This document shows, piece by piece, positions 28,567 to 37,030 of a DNA stretch of 63,767 nucleotides. Within the stretch, counting starts at the first letter, position 1, and each line of letters opens with the position of its first letter. The stretch covers positions 1 to 63,767 of IMG/VR virus record IMGVR_UViG_3300046479_000008; one strand, 5' to 3'. The position numbers were made by a program, and so were the translations under genes. Origin of the DNA: a virus (Duplodnaviria > Caudoviricetes). Under the pieces are notes generated by a model, which saw only the letters and a program-made list of their open reading frames with translations, made no database searches and was not told the DNA's origin.

Positions 28567-28824
28567 TTAGTCTCTCCATTGGATGTCCCGGTCTGGGATC
28601 AAGAGTTTTCCTTTAAGGTACTCTCGCATGTTGAAGTTGCCCATGAAGGTGCAACCACAGATGGTGTCGGCGGTCTCCGAGATGTCCCATGCCCACTCTG
28701 GGTCACAACCTGGATCCTCATAGTGAGTCCGGATGGCCTCTTTCTGCCATGGGGCCAATGCGTCCTTGGATATGACGAATGAGCTTGAGGAGCTATTGGA
28801 GACGAAACCTGATCTCGTTTTCAT
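28567..28824 (-). CDS. MKTRSGFVSNSSSSSF-family protein
   Basis: N-terminal motif seen directly. Confidence 0.85.
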   Translation of the reverse strand: MKTRSGFVSNSSSSSFVISKDALAPWQKEAIRTHYEDPGCDPEWAWDISETADTICGCTFMGNFNMREYLKGKLLIPDRDIQWRD

Positions 28825-28861
28825 ATAACACCTATGGATGACTTTGCGTAAGCAAAGCTAA

Positions 28862-28936
28862 TGGAGCCGCTAGAGGGAATCGAACCCCCGACCATCTGCT
28901 TACAAGGCAGGCGCTCTACCCCTGAGCTACAGCGGC
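28862..28936 (-). tRNA. tRNA-Thr(UGU)
   Basis: GCCGCTG/TAGCGGC acceptor, loop CTTGTAA, TTCGATT, CCA end. Confidence 0.95.
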
Positions 28937-28967
28937 AACCCTAGTCTATGACTAGCACAGTCCTAGA

Positions 28968-29414
28968 CTACTTGGACTTACGCTTCAACAGGTCAGACTG
29001 ATGAACCCTATTGCTAGGCTTAGAGATCACAAGGAGCTTCAAACCCAAGCAGTCCATGTCCTCCAACGGGTAGCCCAGTCGCTCTAGGATCTTACGATAC
29101 ACAGGCATCTTGCTGGGGTTGTTCCCGCCTACCCATAGCTCACCATACTGCTTGACCCATCGATCAATCACAGGGATCGCATCGAGCATGTTACCCTTGA
29201 TCGCACCGGGGATCTTAGTCATCTGCTGCTCTGGTGAGGAGAAGTCCTGACCCATGGCCTGTAGGGCTAGATGATAGCAGTTCAACAACGGGAAGTGAGT
29301 GAGCACGAGATCATACCCACCAACCTCAGCCTCATCGACTACTGTGTAGCCATAGTGTTCGATGTTGTCCTTGATATGTTCAGGTAGCTTACTTCTCTTC
29401 AACAGGGGATGCAT
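28968..29414 (-). CDS. leader-family protein (MHPLLKRSK)
   Basis: Same start as 27064..27717; YRKILERLGY; ends SDLLKRKSK. Confidence 0.8.
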   Translation of the reverse strand: MHPLLKRSKLPEHIKDNIEHYGYTVVDEAEVGGYDLVLTHFPLLNCYHLALQAMGQDFSSPEQQMTKIPGAIKGNMLDAIPVIDRWVKQYGELWVGGNNPSKMPVYRKILERLGYPLEDMDCLGLKLLVISKPSNRVHQSDLLKRKSK

Positions 29415-29886
29415 GTAGGATCTTCTCCAACTCTAACTTAGTCTGGAGAAGGTTCTCGTATAGGATTCCGTAACCCCCTTGTGCTCGCCACTGAGGTATG
29501 TTCAACCTAGAGTCATCGATGAGAACATAACCCGGCTGTGCATAGGCTTGCTTGTCTACTGCGTATGGGCCCACATGGAACTCCATAGGCCCCCAGTGGT
29601 CGGTGATCCATTGACGCTTGTCCTCCTCAGCATAGGGTATGTGCCGACGACGGGGCAACGCTGTTAGGATAGCCACAGGGACATTGAGCGAACATACATA
29701 GCTCATGAGCTCATAGGCCTCAGGCATAGGTTCCAGTAGGGAGAACCAGTGGGGGAAACTGAGCACGGCCTCCCACAGGGTTGAGTCCTGGAGCGCACGA
29801 GGGTCTACCTGACCTACCTCGGCAACCATCCGATCGAAGTCAGCGAGCACTCCGTCCATGTCAAGAAATATTTTCTTAATGTTAAT
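29389..29886 (-). CDS. HAD 5'(3')-deoxyribonucleotidase, probable ATT start
   Basis: IFLDMDGVLADF, ILTA, K..W, LIDD; TAAGGAGG RBS precedes in-frame ATT codons. Confidence 0.88.
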   Translation of the reverse strand: MNIKKIFLDMDGVLADFDRMVAEVGQVDPRALQDSTLWEAVLSFPHWFSLLEPMPEAYELMSYVCSLNVPVAILTALPRRRHIPYAEEDKRQWITDHWGPMEFHVGPYAVDKQAYAQPGYVLIDDSRLNIPQWRAQGGYGILYENLLQTKLELEKILHASPVEEK

Positions 29887-29889
29887 ATA

Positions 29890-30110
29890 TCCTCCTTATA
29901 GTCCCCACAGTATGATTAGTGGGGTTATGGGTAAAGGGCGGTTGGTGAACGTCCTAAAAATTAATTCAAAACCCAAATTTAAAATTGGCCACCTAGAGGG
30001 CCAAAATTAAATTTTGGAAACCGAATCTCGATTTCCAAACTCCAGGGCCGCTCTTTGGTCCACCAGTGTAATCCACCCTAGCCCGGTTGAGCATCTCTAC
30101 TAGGACATCA
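29890..30110. promoter_or_regulatory. AT-rich non-coding region with inverted repeats
   Basis: A/T tracts; TTGGCC-8nt-GGCCAA and TTGGAAA-11nt-TTTCCAA. Confidence 0.45.
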
Positions 30111-30117
30111 AGGTCAC

Positions 30118-30951
30118 TCATGCATTTGCCTTATAGTAATGCCGGAGCGTATGCAGGGTGTCAGAGTCCAGATCCTTCATGTTGTCCAGCGCCCAGCCCA
30201 GATACCCACGGGGGACCTCCGACCAGGGTTGTCCTTTGTGCTTGCCGAACTGACAGGTACGGAGCAGGATGGGCCGGTCGGCCCATAGCTGCAACGCCTC
30301 TAGCGTCGACAGCTTACCCTTGAACACTCCCTCGTTCTCAAGCTCCTGTAGCTCACGGATCAGTAGCTTGGTGGTCACTAGGGCGTCTGGCAGGGCACTA
30401 TGGGCTGGCATCCCTTCGGCCTCAGGGACCTCCAGGGGTAGATCATAGCGCAGGAATTGATTGGTGTAATGCTCCGAGACCCACAGGTGCTTTGCCAATC
30501 TCAGGGTGCACAACACTGGACGATCCATGGAGGGTAGGAACATGAAGTCGAAGGCAGCGTTATGGGCCGCGAAGGCATCCATAGGCCGATGAGCTAGCAT
30601 AGACGCAAAAGCATCCATGAACCGGGGTGCCCCCGCGACATGGGCGTCGGTGATGTGATGAATCGCTGAGGCATCGCTGGGGATATGTCTACCCGGATCC
30701 ACTAGGGTCTCATAGGTATCAATGATTCTCCCTTGGTGCATCCATACCCCGGCCAACTGACACACCTTATGCCCCTCTGAGATCTTCAACCCTGTGGTCT
30801 CGGTATCCACCACTAGGTAGATAGCATCCATAGGATTCATGGATTCGGGTTCCTTCACGCAATACTGGCCATACCATTTAACGAAATCATCGTTGAACCC
30901 CACCTGGCCCTTGAGGAGTGCTTCGGCTTTCCATGCTTGAAATTCTAACAT
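30118..30951 (-). CDS. DEDDh 3'-5' exonuclease (exonuclease X-like)
   Basis: VDTETTG, AHNAAFD, HSALPD; C-terminal FGKHKG..VP.GYL.W. Confidence 0.92.
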   Translation of the reverse strand: MLEFQAWKAEALLKGQVGFNDDFVKWYGQYCVKEPESMNPMDAIYLVVDTETTGLKISEGHKVCQLAGVWMHQGRIIDTYETLVDPGRHIPSDASAIHHITDAHVAGAPRFMDAFASMLAHRPMDAFAAHNAAFDFMFLPSMDRPVLCTLRLAKHLWVSEHYTNQFLRYDLPLEVPEAEGMPAHSALPDALVTTKLLIRELQELENEGVFKGKLSTLEALQLWADRPILLRTCQFGKHKGQPWSEVPRGYLGWALDNMKDLDSDTLHTLRHYYKANA

Positions 30952-31221
30952 CTAGGGTTCCGTCCAATAGTAGATGAAGTCCCCAACGGCCTGTTTGACC
31001 ATGGTCTCTTCACGGGGTAAGGTGTCCATAGGGTATATGGGATTACATGCTAGGCTTCGACCGCCAATTGCGGTAACGCGGATGTAGAGGTTGAGGTAGC
31101 GCTCATCCTCAACCTCATAGTCCACCACAACAGTCGCCAAGGGGATCATCTGGCCAAGGATCCTCTGGATGCGTTCTACGACCCAAGCGGGGTTGTAGTC
31201 CGTGACCATGGGATCCATCAC
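30952..31221 (-). CDS. hypothetical protein
   Basis: 89 aa, tiled. Confidence 0.65.
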   Translation of the reverse strand: MMDPMVTDYNPAWVVERIQRILGQMIPLATVVVDYEVEDERYLNLYIRVTAIGGRSLACNPIYPMDTLPREETMVKQAVGDFIYYWTEP

Positions 31222-31661
31222 AGGAGCACCTTGGAGATCAGCTTGGAGGCCAAGGCAGCATCGAAGCTGTTGCCGTAGCCGAACTTCAAGACGCGCATCA
31301 CCGCGCCCATGTCTTTCTTGGTCTCTGCGCCTGTGCGCTCGATGGCTGCATCAACTGCGGCCTGGAGCTCGTGCTCGGATAACATCTTCGGTAAGTAGGT
31401 CTCCAGGACCTTGATTTCGGCGGCTTCCAAGGCGCTCTTGTCCAAAGCTCCACCTCGGGTGAACTGCTCGATGGAGTCCTGACGTTGCTTGACCATGCGC
31501 TTGAGGACCACTTGGGATTCGTCGTCAGTCAGGGTATATCCATTGCCTTTAGCGATGGCCTCATTACCCAGCTGGGTGATCGCCATACGCAGGACGGTCA
31601 TCAGGGGTTTGTTCTGGTCCATCATGGCCAGCTTGAGATCGTTCTTGATCTTGTTTAACAT
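31218..31661 (-). CDS. GatB/YqeY domain protein
   Basis: DLKLAM, KQRQDSIEQF..GG, E..VLETYLP..LS, KDMGAVM. Confidence 0.92.
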   Translation of the reverse strand: MLNKIKNDLKLAMMDQNKPLMTVLRMAITQLGNEAIAKGNGYTLTDDESQVVLKRMVKQRQDSIEQFTRGGALDKSALEAAEIKVLETYLPKMLSEHELQAAVDAAIERTGAETKKDMGAVMRVLKFGYGNSFDAALASKLISKVLL

Positions 31662-31662
31662 A

Positions 31663-32112
31663 TCAATATGCTCCTGGTTGAACTTGGTAACATGCCAGTC
31701 CGGCACCGCGCCACATGGCGACCATCTTGTCGCGGTCTTCTAACACGAATAGAACGTCTTCGGGTTTGAAGTGGAAACGCTCCATGGCTAGCAGGAAGGC
31801 TTCCCATTTTACGATCGTGTCGGATCGAAAATCTTTTTTTGGTCTCATGAGCAGAGCTTCGCTCCCAAAGAACAATTCATGCTTAGTGAGCCACTCTTCG
31901 GTCTGGGGTCGCCACTGCTCATCACGACCAGTGACGTAGAGCACTAGATGTTCGGTTTCCATCATCCCACGGAGTAGGGCTTCCACCCCAGGGTAGATTG
32001 GATCATGAATACAATTGGAGTTGAACTCATCCCATTGCTTGCTCTTGGCGAAGTGCTCTCGGTGCTGAGCATCACAGAGGGTTCCATCTAGATCACATAT
32101 AATAATGCCCAT
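31663..32112 (-). CDS. HAD phosphatase (polynucleotide kinase 3'-phosphatase-like)
   Basis: CDLDGTL, VTGR, LLMR...DFRSDTIVK, EDR..MVAMWR..GL. Confidence 0.9.
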   Translation of the reverse strand: MGIIICDLDGTLCDAQHREHFAKSKQWDEFNSNCIHDPIYPGVEALLRGMMETEHLVLYVTGRDEQWRPQTEEWLTKHELFFGSEALLMRPKKDFRSDTIVKWEAFLLAMERFHFKPEDVLFVLEDRDKMVAMWRGAGLACYQVQPGAY

Positions 32113-32181
32113 GAATAGGTCTCCAAACTAGGATAGCGATTTCCTGGAAGAAAGGTAGGACTCACATGGGGAGATACTGAT

Positions 32182-32958
32182 ATGACTGGAAATTATGGTT
32201 GGCATCCTGACAAGCCTGACCACCGAGATTTGAAATATGCAATCCATCGTATGGGCGTTGAAGCTCCTGAGGATGCCAGCAAGCTGGTTACTCACGTAGA
32301 CCTCACTGCACAGATGCCTCCAGTGTATGACCAGGGTGAGTTGGGCTCTTGCACCGGCAACTCCATCGCTGCAGGATTCCAGTTCGAGCGTATGAAGCAG
32401 AAACTCGCCAACTGGGTTCCCTCTCGGCTGTTCATCTACTACTTCGAACGGCTCATGGAAGGGACCGTCAATGAGGATGCTGGTGCGCAGATCCGTGATG
32501 GTATCAAAGTCATTGCTACCAATGGTGTGCCCGAAGAGACCCTGTGGCCCTACAACCCCACTGAGTTCGCGATCAAGCCCACTACGGCAGCGATCCAGTT
32601 CGCTGAAGCCCATAAGGCCACCCAGTATATGCGCTTAGATGGCACCAAGCTCTCTGAGCTCAAGACCTGTCTCGCTGCTGGCTATCCGTTCGTATTCGGC
32701 TTCACCGTCTACCCGGCCTTCGAATCTGAGGAAGTCGCTAAGACCGGTGTGTGCCCCATGCCGGATCTCACCACTCAGCCTGTGGGCGGCCATGCTGTTC
32801 TGTGCGTTGGGTATGACGATGCCTCCCAGACCTTCCGGGTTCGCAACTCCTGGGGACCCGATTGGGGTCAAAAGGGCTACTTCACCATCCCCTATGCTTA
32901 CTTGACCAACCCTGACCTGGCCCAGGACTTCTGGACCATCCGCCTCGTCAACGCATAA
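32182..32958 (+). CDS. papain-family (C1A) cysteine peptidase
   Basis: DQGELGSCTGN, GGHAVLCVGY, RNSWGPDWGQKGY. Confidence 0.95.
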   Translation: MTGNYGWHPDKPDHRDLKYAIHRMGVEAPEDASKLVTHVDLTAQMPPVYDQGELGSCTGNSIAAGFQFERMKQKLANWVPSRLFIYYFERLMEGTVNEDAGAQIRDGIKVIATNGVPEETLWPYNPTEFAIKPTTAAIQFAEAHKATQYMRLDGTKLSELKTCLAAGYPFVFGFTVYPAFESEEVAKTGVCPMPDLTTQPVGGHAVLCVGYDDASQTFRVRNSWGPDWGQKGYFTIPYAYLTNPDLAQDFWTIRLVNA

Positions 32959-32979
32959 TCGACGCTTAAACGACCAATT

Positions 32980-33002
32980 AGGCCCCCTCCTTGGGGCCTT
33001 TT
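32980..33002 (+). terminator. intrinsic terminator
   Basis: AGGCCCC-6nt-GGGGCCT followed by TTT. Confidence 0.75.
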
Positions 33003-33006
33003 ACGT

Positions 33007-33270
33007 CTATGCCATCTTCATTCTGCTGCCTCTGGTCTTGAGGGTGAGACCTAGAGCGGCTGCGATCCGTTCTCGACCCTCTAGGGTGTGAAGTAGATGG
33101 GGCATATGCCGCTCAAAGACCTCATAATTGGGGTGTCTACGGAGATTCTTCTCAGAGATATCTAACTCTGGCTTGGGTTTTGGCAGGGGTTTTACGAATA
33201 GCCACCGGAATATTCCCCGGAAGATCCCCAATCCACAGCGTTTTATGAAGTCAAACAGAAGAAAGATCAT
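33007..33270 (-). CDS. hypothetical protein
   Basis: 87 aa, tiled. Confidence 0.6.
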   Translation of the reverse strand: MIFLLFDFIKRCGLGIFRGIFRWLFVKPLPKPKPELDISEKNLRRHPNYEVFERHMPHLLHTLEGRERIAAALGLTLKTRGSRMKMA

Positions 33271-34140
33271 CTAGAACTCCATGCTTTCGATAGCCTCAAC
33301 GATCTTACCCACGTTACAGGCGTAGAATCCTGAGGAATTCAGGTTGTTGACCTCGATCACCCTGGGGCCTTCATGGGTCTCAGCGATGTCAATCACGAAC
33401 CCTCGGGCGGGTTGCCATTGGTCGATCATCTTCTGAGCAAACTCAGCCACATACGGGGGAACGTATTCGTCATAGACCACCCGAAGTCCTAGCTTGTACA
33501 TGCTCTGGGTGACAATACGCTTGTCTACGACGAAGAACCGATACTCCGCAAGGATCTCCTGCCAAGGAGAAGCCATCACTTCCGTAGCTGGGCTCAACCA
33601 TCTGGGATCCCGACCCTGAGAGAGCAGAGTAGATCTCCAATCCTCGAACTCATCCCTGTCCAGGACTAGACCTGTAAAGGCCTTAGTGTCCTCACAAGGA
33701 CGAATGAACACCTTGTCCACAAAGGGGATCTGCAGCGTTCCCAATGGGCCCACGACAGCTACGGCGTTAAGGAGATTGTGACCCCAACCCTCCACCCATC
33801 TGGAATAATGGAAGTTGTCGTTCAGGAATGTCCCCGGAACCCATCCCCATTCCTTGGCTACGATGTTCATCAGGGTAGCCCCACAGACCATCGTATACAC
33901 CTTGGGAGATTCTTCCATCAGCGTCTGCGAGGGATGCATGCAAACTACTGGTCCGGTGATCTCTGGCATTTCGTCCACGTTGTCATAGAGCGAGAAGTCA
34001 AGATCGTAGGGAACCAGCTTGTGCGTGTGAGGAAGAAACTTGACCAGCGTGTAGGGGATCCCACCCCGGTCCAAAGCCTCCAAGAGGGCTTGATGACCGG
34101 CTTCGCTGAACACGTTGTCCTGAATAATCCAATGCATCAT
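33271..34140 (-). CDS. ATP-grasp domain protein (DUF4343-like)
   Basis: FIRP..DTKAFTG, EYRFFVV, FVIDIA, IEVN..NSSGFY. Confidence 0.85.
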   Translation of the reverse strand: MMHWIIQDNVFSEAGHQALLEALDRGGIPYTLVKFLPHTHKLVPYDLDFSLYDNVDEMPEITGPVVCMHPSQTLMEESPKVYTMVCGATLMNIVAKEWGWVPGTFLNDNFHYSRWVEGWGHNLLNAVAVVGPLGTLQIPFVDKVFIRPCEDTKAFTGLVLDRDEFEDWRSTLLSQGRDPRWLSPATEVMASPWQEILAEYRFFVVDKRIVTQSMYKLGLRVVYDEYVPPYVAEFAQKMIDQWQPARGFVIDIAETHEGPRVIEVNNLNSSGFYACNVGKIVEAIESMEF

Positions 34141-34141
34141 A

Positions 34142-34435
34142 TCACCAATAGAAGTTCTGCCACTCAGGATACTCATTTTGGAGAACCACCAGAGACACTG
34201 GCTTGGCCCAGACCTGCTTGTAGCTGGGCTCTTCCACTTCAATCAGAACCTCAATCTCCTGATTGCAGATCTGGAATCCTTTGATCTCCCCGAATTCCCC
34301 GATGTAGAGATTTCCTCCCATGGTGTATACGGGGGCAATGACCTGCGCATAGATCTTGGGCGGGAATTCATCGAAGTCCACCATCACATCTAGGTTGAAG
34401 AAATGCACACGATTCGCGTTCACTTGTTCTCCCAT
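34142..34435 (-). CDS. hypothetical protein
   Basis: 97 aa, tiled. Confidence 0.55.
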   Translation of the reverse strand: MGEQVNANRVHFFNLDVMVDFDEFPPKIYAQVIAPVYTMGGNLYIGEFGEIKGFQICNQEIEVLIEVEEPSYKQVWAKPVSLVVLQNEYPEWQNFYW

Positions 34436-35166
34436 AAGGCCTTGTAACCTGCTGACACATCAATCTCAATTGCATCCAGACCAAGCATCCGCGCTGCGAG
34501 CAAGGTTGTACCAGAGCCGGCAAACGGGTCCAAGACCATACCCTTGTTGGCTGCCAATTGTAGACACCACAGGGGAAGCTCTAAGGGGAATGAAGCAGGA
34601 TGCTCCTTAGGCCCGTGAGTGGTAGGGTAGGGGATGAACCACACATTGCCCCGGCACCGCTTGTCGGCCTTGATTCCCTTGAACCGAGCGATGTTGCTCT
34701 TGTCCTTATAGGGAACCCCGATGGCCACACGATCCAGGTCCACTTTGTTCTTGGTCAGGTGGAAGATATGCTCGTGGGTGGAGTTGAGGTAGCTGGGAGA
34801 GTTCACGGTCTTGAAGTGACCCTGTGTGTCCTCACCAATGCTGATGCTCTTGACCCATATGATGTCATTCTGCACTTGCCAGCCAGCATGAAGGAAATTT
34901 CCAAGCAGCTCATAGACTCGCATGGGCTGAGATGGTTTGGAACCCACCTGTAGGAAGAGACTCCCGTAATCGCTTGTGGCTCTCAATAACCCCTTAGCTA
35001 CATCCCACAGGAACATCCTATATTCTTCATCTCTTAGGTTGTCGTCCCAGACGTCATACTTGACCCCAATGTTATAGGGTGGGGATGTGACTGTGGTCTG
35101 GATGGACCCCTGGGGAATCAATGCCAGTTGCTCTCGGACATCCCCTACCCTATAGTCAATGGTCAT
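34420..35166 (-). CDS. N4-C/N6-A DNA methyltransferase (beta class)
   Basis: TSPPY precedes HPASFP and VLDPFAGSGTT. Confidence 0.93.
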   Translation of the reverse strand: MTIDYRVGDVREQLALIPQGSIQTTVTSPPYNIGVKYDVWDDNLRDEEYRMFLWDVAKGLLRATSDYGSLFLQVGSKPSQPMRVYELLGNFLHAGWQVQNDIIWVKSISIGEDTQGHFKTVNSPSYLNSTHEHIFHLTKNKVDLDRVAIGVPYKDKSNIARFKGIKADKRCRGNVWFIPYPTTHGPKEHPASFPLELPLWCLQLAANKGMVLDPFAGSGTTLLAARMLGLDAIEIDVSAGYKALWENK

Positions 35167-35167
35167 G

Positions 35168-36031
35168 CTACTTCCTCTGCATCTCGGGGATGGCCTCGTG
35201 GGTCGTGTGCTCCCAAACCTCTTGGATCTGATCCTTGGTCAGGGGATCGGTGCGGTAGAATTGCAGGGGTTTCTTGGGGTCAGCGGTTTTTTCGAAGCCG
35301 TTGAATCCCATACCTTGATTAGGATCATAGACCCCAGCTTGCTTGACCGGGCAATCGTGGTAGTTCTCGAAGGAGCAGATCCCTTTCTGAGCACACTCAA
35401 CACGGAGTACGGTCTCGAATTCAGGGAAGATCTCCAGGACGGCATTGCGCATGCTACGGGCCATGAGCTGAATCTCCCTCTGGGCTCTGCAGCACAGGCG
35501 ATGGGACAGGAACTCACTGAGGCTGCGCAGGTTGATGGTCATGAGCAGGTTGGTGCAGTTGGCGTGCGGTAGGGTCTGACGGGCATCCTGAGTGGGAACA
35601 CCCATCTCGATGAGCTTGAAGTAGCCCTCGTATTCACTCTTGAGCAGGTCTTCGTAGAAGGCGATCTGCTCACTATACTGCTCCTGGTGGTCTTCCCATT
35701 CCAGAGGCAGGCAATACTGCATATCTGAGATCACCACGGTGCGCTGGCTCTGCACGGAGAAGCTACAGGTCCTTGTGCGGGTGGCCTGAGCCATCAGCGA
35801 TCTGGATACGTCCTGGATCAAGAAGGAGAAGTTCACGTGCTCCCAGGCACTCCGGATGGTCCCGAGGGAGTATTTGAGCTCGGTGGCCTTCTTCTCAGGA
35901 CTCCAGGCCTTGATCTCGTCGAACATCGAGGGGCTCATGGACAGCCGGGTCATCTTCGCCAGCAAGAGCATGTCGATAGCGAAGGGGGTGTGGTTGATCA
36001 GGGTGACTTTAGGGTGTTTGAATTCAGTCAT
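35168..36031 (-). CDS. divergent ThyX-family flavoprotein
   Basis: EHVNFSFLIQDVSR, RTRTCSFSVQSQR (RHR changed to RTR), QDARQTLP, NLRSL..F..HRLC..AQREI. Confidence 0.88.
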   Translation of the reverse strand: MTEFKHPKVTLINHTPFAIDMLLLAKMTRLSMSPSMFDEIKAWSPEKKATELKYSLGTIRSAWEHVNFSFLIQDVSRSLMAQATRTRTCSFSVQSQRTVVISDMQYCLPLEWEDHQEQYSEQIAFYEDLLKSEYEGYFKLIEMGVPTQDARQTLPHANCTNLLMTINLRSLSEFLSHRLCCRAQREIQLMARSMRNAVLEIFPEFETVLRVECAQKGICSFENYHDCPVKQAGVYDPNQGMGFNGFEKTADPKKPLQFYRTDPLTKDQIQEVWEHTTHEAIPEMQRK

Positions 36032-36381
36032 GGATTCTCCTTCTCTAGGGATACTGCCTCGTTCAATAGCTGAAGGCCGTGGCGCAGAGCGTCATGGGCC
36101 TTCTTTACTGGGCCTTCCGGAGGGAACCGTCCTTCGGCTTCAGCGTTCCGGCGAATCAGCTCCATGGCCGCATAGAGATCCAGGAATTCCTCCTTTAGGC
36201 TCAGGAATTCCCGTCCTGCTGCATCTGGCTGAGCCTGTTCTAGGCTATGGATACGCTGCTGCAGGGCATCCAAGACCTCCAGGTTCTCTCGGCCACAAGG
36301 GCCTGACCCCATCTTCTCCCGGATCGAGGGGGCAACGTCCAGCCAAGGGATATGTGTGGAGAGGGTTTCAGCTGTGTTCAT
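36028..36381 (-). CDS. hypothetical protein
   Basis: 117 aa, ATGA-coupled to the thyX-like gene. Confidence 0.65.
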   Translation of the reverse strand: MNTAETLSTHIPWLDVAPSIREKMGSGPCGRENLEVLDALQQRIHSLEQAQPDAAGREFLSLKEEFLDLYAAMELIRRNAEAEGRFPPEGPVKKAHDALRHGLQLLNEAVSLEKENP

Positions 36382-36383
36382 GG

Positions 36384-36593
36384 TTAACCCTTGATGGCCG
36401 ACCGGACTCTACGCAGTTCCTTGGCCAAACGGACCAGTCCCTTGGTGCTGCGGATCCCTCGGCCCTGTGCTAGGGCCTCCAGGTGCGTCCGGTCCTCCTT
36501 GTGGCGAAGGCCCCAAAGGTCTGGGGGGATGTTCAACATGGGAATACAGTTGGCAACAATGAGATTGCGGATACGGATGTTGTTGGGTCTCAT
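36384..36593 (-). CDS. small basic hypothetical protein
   Basis: 69 aa, AGGAG RBS. Confidence 0.6.
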   Translation of the reverse strand: MRPNNIRIRNLIVANCIPMLNIPPDLWGLRHKEDRTHLEALAQGRGIRSTKGLVRLAKELRRVRSAIKG

Positions 36594-36652
36594 GGGCTTT
36601 CTTCTCCTATTTTGTTAAAGGGTTGGAGCATATCCGAGGTTAAGGACATCAG

Positions 36653-37030
36653 ATGTTACTAAAGTTACTGCGTATTGCTTGCTCTGTGCTCAGAGAGGGC
36701 AGCAAGGTTGTCACCCGTAGCTCTGGGTGGCCTACAGCTAGGAAGCATCATTTGAAGGCTCAACCTTATTGTGCTGCCTGTGGGGGAACCACTCTGCTGC
36801 AGGTGCATCATATGTTGCCATTTCACCTTGATCCCCAGCTTGAATTGGATCAAACCAATCTAATCACTCTATGCATGGGAACCAAGGAGTGTCATCTGGT
36901 CATCGGTCATGGTGGTGATTTCCATCACTACAATCCTAATGTCCTGGGGGATGCCCAGACGGTGTTGAATGATCCAAGCAAGTTCGCTGCTGTCAAGGCC
37001 AATGCTGAGGCCACTAGGAAGCCATTATGA
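36653..37030 (+). CDS. small HNH endonuclease
   Basis: CAACG...VHH...NLITLC....CHLVIGH. Confidence 0.88.
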   Translation: MLLKLLRIACSVLREGSKVVTRSSGWPTARKHHLKAQPYCAACGGTTLLQVHHMLPFHLDPQLELDQTNLITLCMGTKECHLVIGHGGDFHHYNPNVLGDAQTVLNDPSKFAAVKANAEATRKPL

